Shown: in pieces, positions 9,291-19,993 of the stretch
Layout of the letters: each line of letters begins with the position of its first letter
Numbering within the stretch: the stretch's first letter is position 1
Assembly: GCA_041648575.1 (NCBI GenBank)
Contig: JBAZOT010000006.1
Span: 11,893-75,892 of the forward strand
From: Patescibacteria group bacterium
GTDB taxonomy: Bacteria > Patescibacteriota > Patescibacteriia > Veblenbacterales > UBA10138
DNA: 64,000 nucleotides
Direction: 5' to 3'
Made by a program: the position numbers and the translations under genes
The notes under the pieces: generated by a model
Databases searched by the model: none
Told to the model about the DNA's origin: nothing
The model's input: only the letters and a program-made list of their open reading frames with translations

Positions 9291-12200
9291 TTAATCCACC
9301 ATGGGTAATTTAGGCGGCGGTTCAGCTTTATTATGCACCACTACCCCTCCAGCAATATAAGTATGATAGGAGTTAACCTCTAGGTTATAAACCTGAACTA
9401 CTTTTTTAACTATTTCTATAGAAGTAATCTTTTCCGGTTTACCTTGGAAATTAAGTAGTTTGTCTCCCATCTTTAACTGGCCTATCTCTACCCATTGGCC
9501 ATCTGAATAAACAAGGTGATTGGCAGTTACCTCTAACTGACCATTGATAATTAAGTATTGATCGGTAGTATGTTTAAAAACCTTTCCTACCTTATCTGGT
9601 TTCAACTCTTTGGTGATTTCACTAAAGGCTAGTATAGTATCGCCTACCTGTACTTGTTCAATTGGTTTAGTGGTGCCATCAACCATTAAAATAGGGGTAC
9701 TAGAAAGGAAACAGGTATATCCTTTAGCTACAGAAATGGTTATAGTTTGAGAGCTTGCGCTACCTGCATTATCCGTGGCATTAAAAATAACAGAATATTT
9801 TCCAGCAGTAGTTGGCGTCCAAGTAAAGGTACGGACAATAGAATCAGTTCCACTAATAGGCTCAGATAAAGTAGCACCAGGAGGAAGTTGGGAAGTGGTA
9901 ATTTGTATAAGTTTACCTGGAAACTCTGCCCTTACATCAAAATTCAGACCTTCCCGTTCGGTTGTTGACTTATTACCAATAGGGTAAAAGTATAGCTGAT
10001 TAAGGACATTAATAGTAACATTTTGACTAGTATGATTTCCATAACTATCCGTTACTGAGAAAATTAGGTCATGCAGTCCAATGTCAGTACTAGTGGGACG
10101 CCAACTAAATATATGAGTAGCGGAGTTAAAACTTGCTCCCGGGGGTAATAAATCTACTGAATAGGTTAAAGCATCACCTTCTGGGTCGCTGGCATTTACA
10201 GTTATGGATAAGGTATCACCAAAATTAATGGATTTGTCACTTATTAGTGTGATGTAAGGCGATTGATTCCCTGGAAGCTCACTGAAATAAATATCCCAGT
10301 TGCCATTACGATTATCCTGCCAGACAATACCATAAGGAGAAATAGCCGGGTACGTTTCAGCATTCCAAGGGGGACCAAAAGTAACTTGTTGTTCTTGACC
10401 AGTGGCTAAATCATAAACATAAATATCCCAGCTGCCATTACGATTATCCTGCCAGACAATCCTGTTTCCTAAAATTACAGGATCGGTTTGGGCTTTGGTA
10501 TTAATAGTAATCTGCTGTTCAGTATCAGTTGCAATATCATACATATAAATATCTGCGTTACAGTCTGTGTCGCTCCATGGTGGCGAATAACACTCTCCAT
10601 TGCTATCATTACGAAGATCGCCCCAAACAACTCGTTGCTCAGAAGTAGAAACACCTTTACCACGGCCACTTTTATAAGGCTTAGCTCCTGATGCAATTTG
10701 TCGTTCCATATTGTTAGTAAGATTATAAATACCAAGTCGAGATTCGCTTAATGCATCAATATATTCTCTAAAAACAATAAATTTCTCCGAAACATCAGCA
10801 TGGAATATTGATCCGGGAACAGATTTGATTAGCCGTGACTTATCGTTGAGGTGATCGTAAAGATACAGATCCCTCTGTGCTGATATGCCACCATTATAAG
10901 TTAAATTATCACCTAAAACAGCTACAGAAGGATAACCCGGGTTAAATACATGTTCGACAAGTTGAGTAGCGAGATTATAAATCTTAATGGTATTATTTTC
11001 ATACCATGCAGCAATCTTATCCGAAATAGCGGGTGGATAGAGAGAAGTAGAGTCTGAAATAGTTTGTATTTTTTTCGAAAGAAGATCGTATAAATAAAAA
11101 TAACCTACAGAGTTGGTTGTAAACTCCGCAAAGACAATTTTCCCTAGAGAGGAAATTTTAGGAAATTGTTGATGTCTTGTGTTGGAGGTTATCCGGATAC
11201 TATCATCAAAGTAAAGAGTTTTGATGTCCTGAAACTGGTAACCGTCCTGTGTAGTAACCACTAATTTTATGACGTACTCTCCGGGAAGCAAGGCCTCTAT
11301 ATTCCAGTTGTTTACCAATATACCATTATTTACCGGAGTAAATATCGGATCATTAATGGGTAACCAATCTACCGGTGCCTTGCCTGCACCCCAAAAAAGT
11401 TGGTAATTTAAAAAGGTACTGCCAAAGGCATTTCCGCGAATTGGTAAAGAGGTTACATCGCTTTTCATCAGGATGGATTCAGAGATAGGGCTGGAGATAC
11501 TGGCATAAGATACTTGATTTAGGCCTAGTGCCCTTGATAGATTAATTAATCCCCCGCCGGTATATACGTCAAAGCCAGGAGTAGCTAAATCATCAGCTGA
11601 GCCACGCAACACCTGCCGAATATCCTCATTGGTAAAAGAGGATTTCTGGACTAAAATTAAAGCCGCTGCTCCTGCCACATGAGGAGCGGCCATACTAGTA
11701 CCACTGGACCGGTAGTATTGAGCATTGACATCAAACGCCGGTACGAAATTTGCTCCATTTGTATAACCACGAGCTCCTTTATACATATCGGTGCCAGCTG
11801 CTCTTAAAGAGAGAATTTGCACTCCGGGTGCCGCCACATCAATTTTATCTCCCCAATTTGAAAAATAGGCGCGGGCATTTTCGTTGTCTGTTGCAGCTAC
11901 AGTTATCACTTGTGGCAGCTTTGCCGGAAAGAAATAATTAACATCCAAATTACTGTTTCCAGCCGCCGCAACTAAAATTACGCCTTGTGAGTAAGCATAC
12001 TCAACTGCCGCAGCAATCAACTGGGAATTACCTTGCCCGCCCCAGCTCATATTGATAACATCTGCCCCGTTATCAGCCGCATAAGTAATTGTCTCGGCAA
12101 GGGCATTATCATATCCACTACCACTACCATCTAATCCCTTTACCGGCATTATCTTGCAGCCAGGACATACACCCGCAACGCCTAGGTTATTATCGGTTTT

Positions 12201-13187
12201 TGCAGCAATAGTTCCAGCTACGTGAGTACCATGGCCATTATCATCCATTGGATTGTTACTGTTGTTAACAAAATTATAACCGCTAATATCATCAACATAG
12301 CCATTACCATCATCATCAATATTATTATCAGGGACTTCCCCAAGATTATTCCAAATATTATCCTGTATATCCGGATGATTATAATCAACACCTGTATCAG
12401 AGACGGCTACGATAATATTAGAACCGCCACTAGTGACAGCCCAGGCTTCTTCCATTTTAATCTTCTCTAATCCCCAAAGATTAGAATAAGATTGCCCCCA
12501 AGCACCGGCTAACCAAGTTCCTTTTTGATTTGGGTCTACATAGGTATCATTAGGCAACGTAAATACAGTAGCTATATAATTAGGTTCACAATACTCTACA
12601 TTAGGATCTTTTTTATATTCCTCACAGATAGCCTGTATATCGGCACTCTTGTCTTCTAATTCCAACTTATAAATATTTGTCAAATTGGGAACCTTGGCAT
12701 TTTTAGGAGCACGCTTAGCTCTTTGAGAAAAATTAGCTTTGGTTTCAGTAAAAAGCTGTTTATAAGACTTATTAGTTTGCAGCTGTTTGTCTTTCAGTTC
12801 TTTAAATACTGGGGCTATATCTTTAACCTTATATTTAACATTGAGGGTATTAACAGATGACAAGCCAGTGCGACTGGGGCTTAGTTTCATAGTTTGAGAA
12901 TTTAGATTACGATCAATTGAAGCAGCATTCTTCTCTTTAAATTTAATAATGATTTCTCCTGGAACATTAGTAGCTTTATCCTGCGAGGTGTAAGTGCTAT
13001 CCACAAACGGTCCGGCATATACTAAAGAGTTAACTGGGATTCCGGCACGGGGAAGAATATTACTTAATTTTGTTACTACTAAAGTAGCAGCCAAAGCAGT
13101 GCTAACCAAAAAAACCATGACTGCTACGGCCACTACGGTATGGGTATCAATTTTTGTAGCAACTTTTTGAGGAGTTATGGTTATCAT
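9291..13187 (-). CDS. Giant surface protein: S8 subtilisin-like peptidase + PD40/TolB-like beta-propeller repeats + two Ig/cadherin-like domains + C-terminal Hint (bacterial intein-like) domain
   Basis: Signal anchor. S8 triad motifs VAVSDTGVDYNHPDI / HGTHVAGTIAA / GTSMAAPHVAGAAALI. Repeats IVWQDNRNGSWDIYVYDLATGQEQQVT. C-terminus CFLSSTPILMVDG...TANHLVY...YNLEVNSYHTYIAGGVVVHN, i.e. Hint N-terminal Cys block and terminal HN, followed by only 12 aa. Confidence 0.8.
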   Translation of the reverse strand: MITITPQKVATKIDTHTVVAVAVMVFLVSTALAATLVVTKLSNILPRAGIPVNSLVYAGPFVDSTYTSQDKATNVPGEIIIKFKEKNAASIDRNLNSQTMKLSPSRTGLSSVNTLNVKYKVKDIAPVFKELKDKQLQTNKSYKQLFTETKANFSQRAKRAPKNAKVPNLTNIYKLELEDKSADIQAICEEYKKDPNVEYCEPNYIATVFTLPNDTYVDPNQKGTWLAGAWGQSYSNLWGLEKIKMEEAWAVTSGGSNIIVAVSDTGVDYNHPDIQDNIWNNLGEVPDNNIDDDGNGYVDDISGYNFVNNSNNPMDDNGHGTHVAGTIAAKTDNNLGVAGVCPGCKIMPVKGLDGSGSGYDNALAETITYAADNGADVINMSWGGQGNSQLIAAAVEYAYSQGVILVAAAGNSNLDVNYFFPAKLPQVITVAATDNENARAYFSNWGDKIDVAAPGVQILSLRAAGTDMYKGARGYTNGANFVPAFDVNAQYYRSSGTSMAAPHVAGAAALILVQKSSFTNEDIRQVLRGSADDLATPGFDVYTGGGLINLSRALGLNQVSYASISSPISESILMKSDVTSLPIRGNAFGSTFLNYQLFWGAGKAPVDWLPINDPIFTPVNNGILVNNWNIEALLPGEYVIKLVVTTQDGYQFQDIKTLYFDDSIRITSNTRHQQFPKISSLGKIVFAEFTTNSVGYFYLYDLLSKKIQTISDSTSLYPPAISDKIAAWYENNTIKIYNLATQLVEHVFNPGYPSVAVLGDNLTYNGGISAQRDLYLYDHLNDKSRLIKSVPGSIFHADVSEKFIVFREYIDALSESRLGIYNLTNNMERQIASGAKPYKSGRGKGVSTSEQRVVWGDLRNDSNGECYSPPWSDTDCNADIYMYDIATDTEQQITINTKAQTDPVILGNRIVWQDNRNGSWDIYVYDLATGQEQQVTFGPPWNAETYPAISPYGIVWQDNRNGNWDIYFSELPGNQSPYITLISDKSINFGDTLSITVNASDPEGDALTYSVDLLPPGASFNSATHIFSWRPTSTDIGLHDLIFSVTDSYGNHTSQNVTINVLNQLYFYPIGNKSTTEREGLNFDVRAEFPGKLIQITTSQLPPGATLSEPISGTDSIVRTFTWTPTTAGKYSVIFNATDNAGSASSQTITISVAKGYTCFLSSTPILMVDGTTKPIEQVQVGDTILAFSEITKELKPDKVGKVFKHTTDQYLIINGQLEVTANHLVYSDGQWVEIGQLKMGDKLLNFQGKPEKITSIEIVKKVVQVYNLEVNSYHTYIAGGVVVHNKAEPPPKLPMVD

Positions 13188-13360
13188 ACATTTAATTAAT
13201 AGTAATTAAACAGATTATATTAAATTTTAACTAATATGATATTAATAATAACATAAAATTACACTTTTTGCAAGTTTACGGTTTATTTGTAAAAAAATAA
13301 TAATTTTATCAAACTAAAAAACCCACGAATGAAACCATTCACTTGCTCTAAAGGCCATCA

Positions 13361-14140
13361 CTACCCCCACCACACTACTGTATTATTTAACCTTTTAATA
13401 CCTACAACTATACCTATTAATATAGCTATGCCAATTAATAAAGCCAGGCTGTAGCTAATAAGCGGAGCAAAAAAATTAAGCGCGCCAGCCAGCCAATTGG
13501 TTATTATTCCACCCAGTGATTGCCCAACCAATTCTGCACCAAAAACAATTAATATCACCAGCAAACTCATAGCAGTTAACCCGGCTGCAGTGTGACCTAA
13601 ATCATGATTAGACGGCGCCAAATGAGCGCCAATGGCTATGGCTAAATATAAAAACAGCCAAGTCTGCCAAGCGGTAAATGCTAAAGCTTGCCAAAATAAA
13701 ACTACAAAACTCCACCAAGCAGTAAAATAATTAAGGCTGATCGTTAAAAAATTAACGTCTGGTGCAATTAATACCGACGGAGCCTCAAGAGGAATTGCCG
13801 GGACCAACAATATTGCCAATACCCATAAAATAAACGATCCGCCTAAAAAAGGAAAAATTGAAATTAATACCAGCGTTGCAGGATTGCCAGTTGCTTTATG
13901 AATTACCGAACCCAAAACACTTCCACCACTGGCAGTTTTAGGCAACAAACTAAAACCAGTAACTTTGGTAAAAGTTAGTAGCGCACCTAATAAATGTGAT
14001 AATTCATGAATCACAACTCCTGGCCACAGCAATATTTGATACCAGCGTTGAGAAAGAATAAAAGACAACCAATAATTAACCAAGCGGGATAATAATAAAA
14101 CGCCTAATAACATTATTAAAAACGAGAGCAACAAAATCAT
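13361..14140 (-). CDS. Polytopic membrane protein with HExxH motif (putative intramembrane metallopeptidase)
   Basis: 259 aa, about 7 TM helices, VVIHELSHLLGALL inside a helix. FPFLGG occupies the position of the S2P LDGG motif but lacks the Asp. Low confidence. Confidence 0.4.
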   Translation of the reverse strand: MILLLSFLIMLLGVLLLSRLVNYWLSFILSQRWYQILLWPGVVIHELSHLLGALLTFTKVTGFSLLPKTASGGSVLGSVIHKATGNPATLVLISIFPFLGGSFILWVLAILLVPAIPLEAPSVLIAPDVNFLTISLNYFTAWWSFVVLFWQALAFTAWQTWLFLYLAIAIGAHLAPSNHDLGHTAAGLTAMSLLVILIVFGAELVGQSLGGIITNWLAGALNFFAPLISYSLALLIGIAILIGIVVGIKRLNNTVVWWG

Positions 14141-14148
14141 AAAAAATT

Positions 14149-15135
14149 TTATTGGTTAAAAATTAACTTGGCCTCATTCCATAAACTATCATCACCCAGT
14201 ACTTTGGCCTGATACCACCACTCTACTCCCCACAAGTAAGCCTCGCGTAATCCGGTGCCGCGAAAAAATTCAATATTATCACGAAAACGTTTAAGATCAA
14301 AAGATTGTTGTGCTACCTCAAGCGACATTTTATCTAAACCAACTGGTCCCCAAGGCTCCATTTGTAATTCTGAAATAATTGTATAATCTACAAACGGCGA
14401 AATTAAGGCTGATTTAAAACGATAAATCCAGCGCGGTATTGGATAATACCAATAACCATAACCATCATTCCATGTAACTTGATACAAAGTTACTCCTTGA
14501 ATATCTGCCAATCCCGCAGTTTCCCACCAAGAAGACAATTCGCCCGAATCAGTAATTAATACTGGACGGGAATCAAGCGACTTAAGCATAGCCAATTCTT
14601 TTTGTAAAAAATGCAAATTGAGTTTGGTACAATCACCAAAAGCAAACAGCGGTTCGTTTTCCAACTGCCAGCGCTTAATAGTAGAATTTTCTTTAAAATT
14701 CAAGATCGTCGCCTGCAACATATCGAGCACCCGGTCTTCAATTTCCCAAACGGGTAAACTTGCCGCCCAATTTGGAATATGACATTCTGGCCAACGCGGT
14801 AATTTTTTTCCTATTGCCAAAGTTACTGTTACGTCGCGCTTATCTGCCTCGGCAATTTGCCAGTCGATATCAGTAAAATTATATACTCCTGATTGTGGTT
14901 CAATTTCATTCCAATTAGCCTGTAACCTTAAATTTTTAACTTGCAAATCGTCCAAGATCGCCAAATAAACTTCTTGCCAATTTAAATTTAAAGATTCTGC
15001 CTGACTCTTGGTAAAACTTACCCCCAAGTTTGGTTCGCTAACAAACGGTACTCTAGGTAACAGCAACCATCCGGCAATAGCTACAATCACCCAAAATGAT
15101 ATAAAAATATATAACCACTTCATATTATTAAACAA
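14149..15135 (-). CDS. Membrane-anchored glycoside hydrolase, clan GH-A (GH5-like) candidate
   Basis: N-terminal TM. WQLENEP (acid/base NEP motif) and later ISELQMEPWG as a possible nucleophile. Aromatic-rich TIM-barrel-like pattern. Motif-level only. Confidence 0.45.
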   Translation of the reverse strand: MFNNMKWLYIFISFWVIVAIAGWLLLPRVPFVSEPNLGVSFTKSQAESLNLNWQEVYLAILDDLQVKNLRLQANWNEIEPQSGVYNFTDIDWQIAEADKRDVTVTLAIGKKLPRWPECHIPNWAASLPVWEIEDRVLDMLQATILNFKENSTIKRWQLENEPLFAFGDCTKLNLHFLQKELAMLKSLDSRPVLITDSGELSSWWETAGLADIQGVTLYQVTWNDGYGYWYYPIPRWIYRFKSALISPFVDYTIISELQMEPWGPVGLDKMSLEVAQQSFDLKRFRDNIEFFRGTGLREAYLWGVEWWYQAKVLGDDSLWNEAKLIFNQ

Positions 15136-16012
15136 AAGCTAAAATACTTAAACCACCGCCAATAAATATAATGGCTGTTAGCTTGCGCGCCAACACTGAT
15201 CCGGAAAATTCTTCTGATAACAATTTAGGCCACTTCCAGGAAAACATCATTACTAAAAATAATAAAAATACATACTGCAAACCCTGCAAGGCGTTGACTA
15301 AACTAACGCTACCCAAAGAAATGGCATAATTTACTACTAAGGCAGATAAAGCAGCAGATATCTGACCACAGACAAAGGCAAATTTCGCTGCTGGCTTAGT
15401 AGAAAAACTTTGTTTAATTGCCGGAATGGTAGAGGGAATAAATAATAAAGGAAGAGCAAAAGCAAAAGCTGCTATTCTAATCCAAATTAGTCCATTGATA
15501 AATTCGGTAACGGCAAAAACTTGCTTGCTTAATGTATAAAACAAGGCAAAACTCAAAGCCGACGCCAAGGCGGTGTACTTGGCGTGATTGGATAAGCCAC
15601 CACGGCCGCTAACAATTAAAAAACCGCCCAAAACCAAAAAAGCAAAAGCCATGATTTCATAACGACTTAAAGACTCATTAATTAAAAAATAAGACGCGAT
15701 TAATACAAAAATTGGACTCCAGGCGCCAATAAATGAAGTAACGCGCGAAGCCTCGCCTTTTTGTAAAGAAATAAATAACAACCACAAAGCAATGGTAAAG
15801 CATAATCCTGCGGCTAGACTTAAAAACCATGGCCATACTCCTGGAAAATAAAATCCCCAAGGTGCTAGAATAAAAACCAACAAACCCAAGGTGCAAATAG
15901 TAATAACATAAGCCGCTGGTTTAGTTACGGTTTTGGTATAAAACAAAGACTTATCAATTAATACCGCTATGGCATTAAAAAAATAAGCAATTACTGTCCA
16001 AATAAGCCACAT
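15128..16012 (-). CDS. DMT/EamA-family transporter
   Basis: 294 aa, about 10 TM helices in a 5+5 arrangement. Overlaps the upstream gene by 8 bp. Confidence 0.5.
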   Translation of the reverse strand: MWLIWTVIAYFFNAIAVLIDKSLFYTKTVTKPAAYVITICTLGLLVFILAPWGFYFPGVWPWFLSLAAGLCFTIALWLLFISLQKGEASRVTSFIGAWSPIFVLIASYFLINESLSRYEIMAFAFLVLGGFLIVSGRGGLSNHAKYTALASALSFALFYTLSKQVFAVTEFINGLIWIRIAAFAFALPLLFIPSTIPAIKQSFSTKPAAKFAFVCGQISAALSALVVNYAISLGSVSLVNALQGLQYVFLLFLVMMFSWKWPKLLSEEFSGSVLARKLTAIIFIGGGLSILAFV

Positions 16013-16015
16013 AAA

Positions 16016-16945
16016 TTAATAAAAAATTTGTAAGCTAACAAATATCAAATAAATAATTAACAAAATAATTCCTTCTTTAACTGATAAAACCGCTTTAGTT
16101 CTAATAAAAATATTAAATAACAATATTAAGGTAAATAAAAAAACTGCTGCTAATAAAACTACTCCACGATCAGTTAACCAATAATTACTACCAATACCTA
16201 CTACACCAAGAATAAAAGTGTTGGCGGCGGCGCTACCTAGTAAATCGCCCAGAACCAACTTTTGCGCTCCGGTTTTTCTAGCTTTAATTACCAAGCTTAT
16301 TTCGGGCAAGTTTGTACCAATACCTAAAACCAAAACGCCCAAAATTATGGGTGTGACGCCTAATTGTTGAGCAATATCAACACTTACTTTTACAATATAG
16401 TGAGACGCTGCCAACAAACCAATTAATCCCAATCCGCCACCAAGTATCAAATGTTTTAAAGTCCAGCGCTTTTCGTCTAACGTTCTCAACACCACTTCTA
16501 CGCGATAACGATACAAATACAACAAATATGATAAATATAAAATTACCAATAGCCAGCCTTCTAACTTTGAAAAATGACCATCAAGCAACAAAAAAACCGG
16601 CGCTGCTATCAACACGCTGCCGATTATTAAATCACGTGATCTTAATGAGTGGCTTAAAAAAATTCCCCGCTGCACTACCGCTGCCAAACCAACAATCAAT
16701 GATAATAATACTAAACTAGCGCCTAGTAAATTACCGATAGACAATCCCGGCGTCTGATTGATAAGTGAATTAATAGCTACTGAAAGTTCAGGTAAAGAAG
16801 TGGCGAAACCAATAATTACAAAACCTAAAACAAATTCAGAAATATTAAATCTCCGTCCCAACTCCACAAAAGAGCGTATCACCCACTCGGCGGCGTAACT
16901 TAAAACAAATAACAGTAATAACAATAATACAATCTGGTCCCACAT
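16016..16945 (-). CDS. Ca2+/cation antiporter, CaCA family (YrbG-like)
   Basis: Two alpha-repeat signatures GFATSLPELSVAINS and GIGTNLPEISLVI. 309 aa polytopic. Confidence 0.7.
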   Translation of the reverse strand: MWDQIVLLLLLLFVLSYAAEWVIRSFVELGRRFNISEFVLGFVIIGFATSLPELSVAINSLINQTPGLSIGNLLGASLVLLSLIVGLAAVVQRGIFLSHSLRSRDLIIGSVLIAAPVFLLLDGHFSKLEGWLLVILYLSYLLYLYRYRVEVVLRTLDEKRWTLKHLILGGGLGLIGLLAASHYIVKVSVDIAQQLGVTPIILGVLVLGIGTNLPEISLVIKARKTGAQKLVLGDLLGSAAANTFILGVVGIGSNYWLTDRGVVLLAAVFLFTLILLFNIFIRTKAVLSVKEGIILLIIYLIFVSLQIFY

Positions 16946-16947
16946 AA

Positions 16948-18066
16948 TTACTTTGCTTTAGAAAAAATTAATGAATTTAATAATTGTTCAAATTGTTCAG
17001 TTGGCAATTCAGGATTTTGTTCAAAAATATAATACTGGTTGGCCTGCTCCTTATTTTTAATAACTGTGATTCGATGTTCTAAATTACACCAATTAGGTCG
17101 CATAGGTAATGCATCAACCTCACGTATTTTAACCTGATAATTAACACTCTCTTGCCCAGCATAATTAGCCTCGTTTTGTTCTAATACTTCAAACCTGCTA
17201 GGCACTTGAAAATTATCTGCTACTAACAGATAAATTAATATTTGTGACCGCTCTAACCCTGAACCATTACCTTGTAAGGAAAACAAATTTAGTAATTTTT
17301 CTTGTGGCAAATATTCCGCCTGCCAAAAAGCCGGATATTTAAATGACAATTTAAAATCAACCTCCTGCTCGAGTGGTGTAAGTGTTAATTCCCCCAACGC
17401 TGATGTTGGAAAATTGTATTTTTGAAAAAAATCAGTAGGATTCAACCAATTAACTAACTGCTCTGGTTTTGATACTTCCACACTCAAATTTATATCACTG
17501 CCTTGATATATACCAAAATGCAAATGACGATGCTGATTATCAGTATCATAAGAATAATCAGCCCCCAACATACCAATAATTTCTCCTTTGGCTATGGTAT
17601 CGCCAGTATTTTTAGCAATCGACGCTAGACGCAAATGGCCATAAATAGTTTTTAGCTCGCTTTGATCAATGAAATGTTTAATAACCACCAAACCACCATA
17701 ATTAGTAGTCCACTTTTTATAAATTATTTCACCATCAGCCACAGCCATTACTGAAATATCTCCTTTTTGCGATGCGTCTACTTCAATGTCATCACTAGTA
17801 TTATAACCCAGTTCTGGCTCGGTAACATATTGACCAAACACCTGCTTAGTTCGATTAGTAGCATAATTAGCTATCGGCAAAACCACTTCCGTTACCGGTA
17901 ATTCGCTGACCAGGACTGACTCCTGATTAGTGCCGTCATTATTATTGGTAGCAGCTATTTTTACTAATTGTGATTTATTAATCCAAGCAACAACCAGCAG
18001 TAAAGGAATAATTATGATGACTAATAAATTGGAAAGTTTAAACCATTTTTTTGTGTTGAATAGCAT
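16948..18066 (-). CDS. M23 family metallopeptidase (LytM-like)
   Basis: N-terminal TM. GGLVVIKH...YGHL...GDTIAKGEIIGMLG...HRHLHFGIYQG (HxxxD / HxH M23 signatures). Confidence 0.8.
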   Translation of the reverse strand: MLFNTKKWFKLSNLLVIIIIPLLLVVAWINKSQLVKIAATNNNDGTNQESVLVSELPVTEVVLPIANYATNRTKQVFGQYVTEPELGYNTSDDIEVDASQKGDISVMAVADGEIIYKKWTTNYGGLVVIKHFIDQSELKTIYGHLRLASIAKNTGDTIAKGEIIGMLGADYSYDTDNQHRHLHFGIYQGSDINLSVEVSKPEQLVNWLNPTDFFQKYNFPTSALGELTLTPLEQEVDFKLSFKYPAFWQAEYLPQEKLLNLFSLQGNGSGLERSQILIYLLVADNFQVPSRFEVLEQNEANYAGQESVNYQVKIREVDALPMRPNWCNLEHRITVIKNKEQANQYYIFEQNPELPTEQFEQLLNSLIFSKAK

Positions 18067-18076
18067 AACTTATCAA

Positions 18077-19681
18077 CTAAAAAATCTCCTCTTTTTTTTC
18101 CCGCAAAAAGGCAAACCACTTGTCTAAAAATTTAAGAATGACTTTAAATGGTAATTCAATAAAAAAATCTAATAAGACTACGAAAATATTAATCTTATCA
18201 AAAGTAGTAGACAGCCAACGCCCAAACCAAACCATAGGTAAACTAATAACATCTAAAATAAAGGTAAAAATATTAGTTTTGCCAGGCACCACTTTTAAAG
18301 TATTTACCTGCTGTCTTAAACTAACTCCAAAAAAACTAACTAAACTTACAAAGAAGACAAATAATGCTCCGCTTAAAATATTAAAATCCAACTTATGCAA
18401 AACAAAAACAATTAAACCAAATGAAGCAATAAAAGTGACCACTGAAAGTATGCCAAATCCGATCTTTGCCAACATTACAGAGGCATGTTTACGGGGAAAC
18501 GGAATTTTTAAAAATATCTGCTCTTCGGACCCATATAAAATCTCTTTCATCCCTTTTACTAATTTTTCAATACTTTGCCTTCCTGGTGAAGTAATAAATA
18601 TAGTTATTAGCAACATTAATAAAGGTGGCACTAGTAAATTAATAATCAATGCCACTTTATTAATTGAGCCCAAAACATATTTTTCATAAGGTAATTCAAC
18701 AACAATAGCTAACACCATTTTGGTAAGAAAAATGTAAGCCATAGCGTGCAAACCTTTGCGCCTTATTTTCATTCTTAATTTAGTATAATAATCACTATAA
18801 GACTCCTGAGTTTGTCTGCTAATTCTCTCCGGATTAGTTAACAACTCTCCTAAATCCTGATAACCATGACTTCTGATTACATTTCTTAAAACAATAAATG
18901 GTACAAGTGCTTTTCTGGCAATAGATTGCAGACGGGAAGCTAATGGGTAGGATAATTGTTTTTGAATATCCTGATAACACTGCAACCACTGATTTGTTGA
19001 TAATTTAATATCAACCGGGCCTCTAAACCAATCTGAAAACAAGTGTTTAACTAAATGATAAGATAAAATATCAGCATCAGCTTTTTCTAAAATCCGCTGA
19101 ATAGCTATTACTAATTGACGCCGATACACCTGATCATTAGGTTCACGGCTAACTTGCTTAAAAACCGGCTGCAACAATTTATAAGCGTAAGCAGTTAAAG
19201 GATGTCTAATATGATCATCTACTAAGGAGTGTTCAATCTCCACTGCCTCAATGCCCAAAATCCATTTACGCATATCCGAGGTAAAACTGGCCTGACTTTT
19301 TAACTCTTGTATCAACTCACGATATTTACGAATCACTTTAGCAATCTCATCTGCTTTGGTTGTTGGCACTGTATTATTCGACAAATAACGCGATAACACT
19401 AATTCACGCAATAAATCCTGGGCATTGGTTTCGTCCTTAACTACCCCACTCAACATGGCCCACTGTCTTAACAAGCGCTTAATAGCATTCTTTCTTAATA
19501 ACACATCATCTTTATAATCAACAAGATTACGTAATTTCTCATACGCAAAAGCAGCAAATCCTACAAATTCATTTACCTGCAATTTATGTTTTGGTTCTTC
19601 TTGTTGTTGTTCTTTTTGCCAGGACAATTCCAAGCTACCTAAAAAATCCATTGCCTCCTCGCGTAAAATCGCTTTGGACAT
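18077..19681 (-). CDS. Hypothetical protein with soluble N-terminal half and C-terminal multi-TM domain
   Basis: 534 aa, first gene of a tightly packed minus-strand cluster 19681->13361. No motif recognised. Confidence 0.4.
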   Translation of the reverse strand: MSKAILREEAMDFLGSLELSWQKEQQQEEPKHKLQVNEFVGFAAFAYEKLRNLVDYKDDVLLRKNAIKRLLRQWAMLSGVVKDETNAQDLLRELVLSRYLSNNTVPTTKADEIAKVIRKYRELIQELKSQASFTSDMRKWILGIEAVEIEHSLVDDHIRHPLTAYAYKLLQPVFKQVSREPNDQVYRRQLVIAIQRILEKADADILSYHLVKHLFSDWFRGPVDIKLSTNQWLQCYQDIQKQLSYPLASRLQSIARKALVPFIVLRNVIRSHGYQDLGELLTNPERISRQTQESYSDYYTKLRMKIRRKGLHAMAYIFLTKMVLAIVVELPYEKYVLGSINKVALIINLLVPPLLMLLITIFITSPGRQSIEKLVKGMKEILYGSEEQIFLKIPFPRKHASVMLAKIGFGILSVVTFIASFGLIVFVLHKLDFNILSGALFVFFVSLVSFFGVSLRQQVNTLKVVPGKTNIFTFILDVISLPMVWFGRWLSTTFDKINIFVVLLDFFIELPFKVILKFLDKWFAFLREKKEEIF

Positions 19682-19993
19682 ATATCAAATTTATAAATAA
19701 AGAAAGTATTATAAAAGGCCTATTAATAATTCAGTAAAGAGTAATTAGGCCACAAACTAATTCTAGCAGAAAATGACTAAAAAATAAAGCCTTTAGGATT
19801 ATCATTATTTGGTAAATATTAACCACTACAACAGGATAAATTACTTGTCCTATCGTATATATCATCGGCGAAATCCCTGCCTACGGCAAGCAAGCGCTGA
19901 AGTCCCAACTTGTCGGGACGAAGGAGAATAAAACTCCATCTTACTGCTTAATGAACGAGCTTTGATAGCTGATGGTTGATAATTATCTGATAA

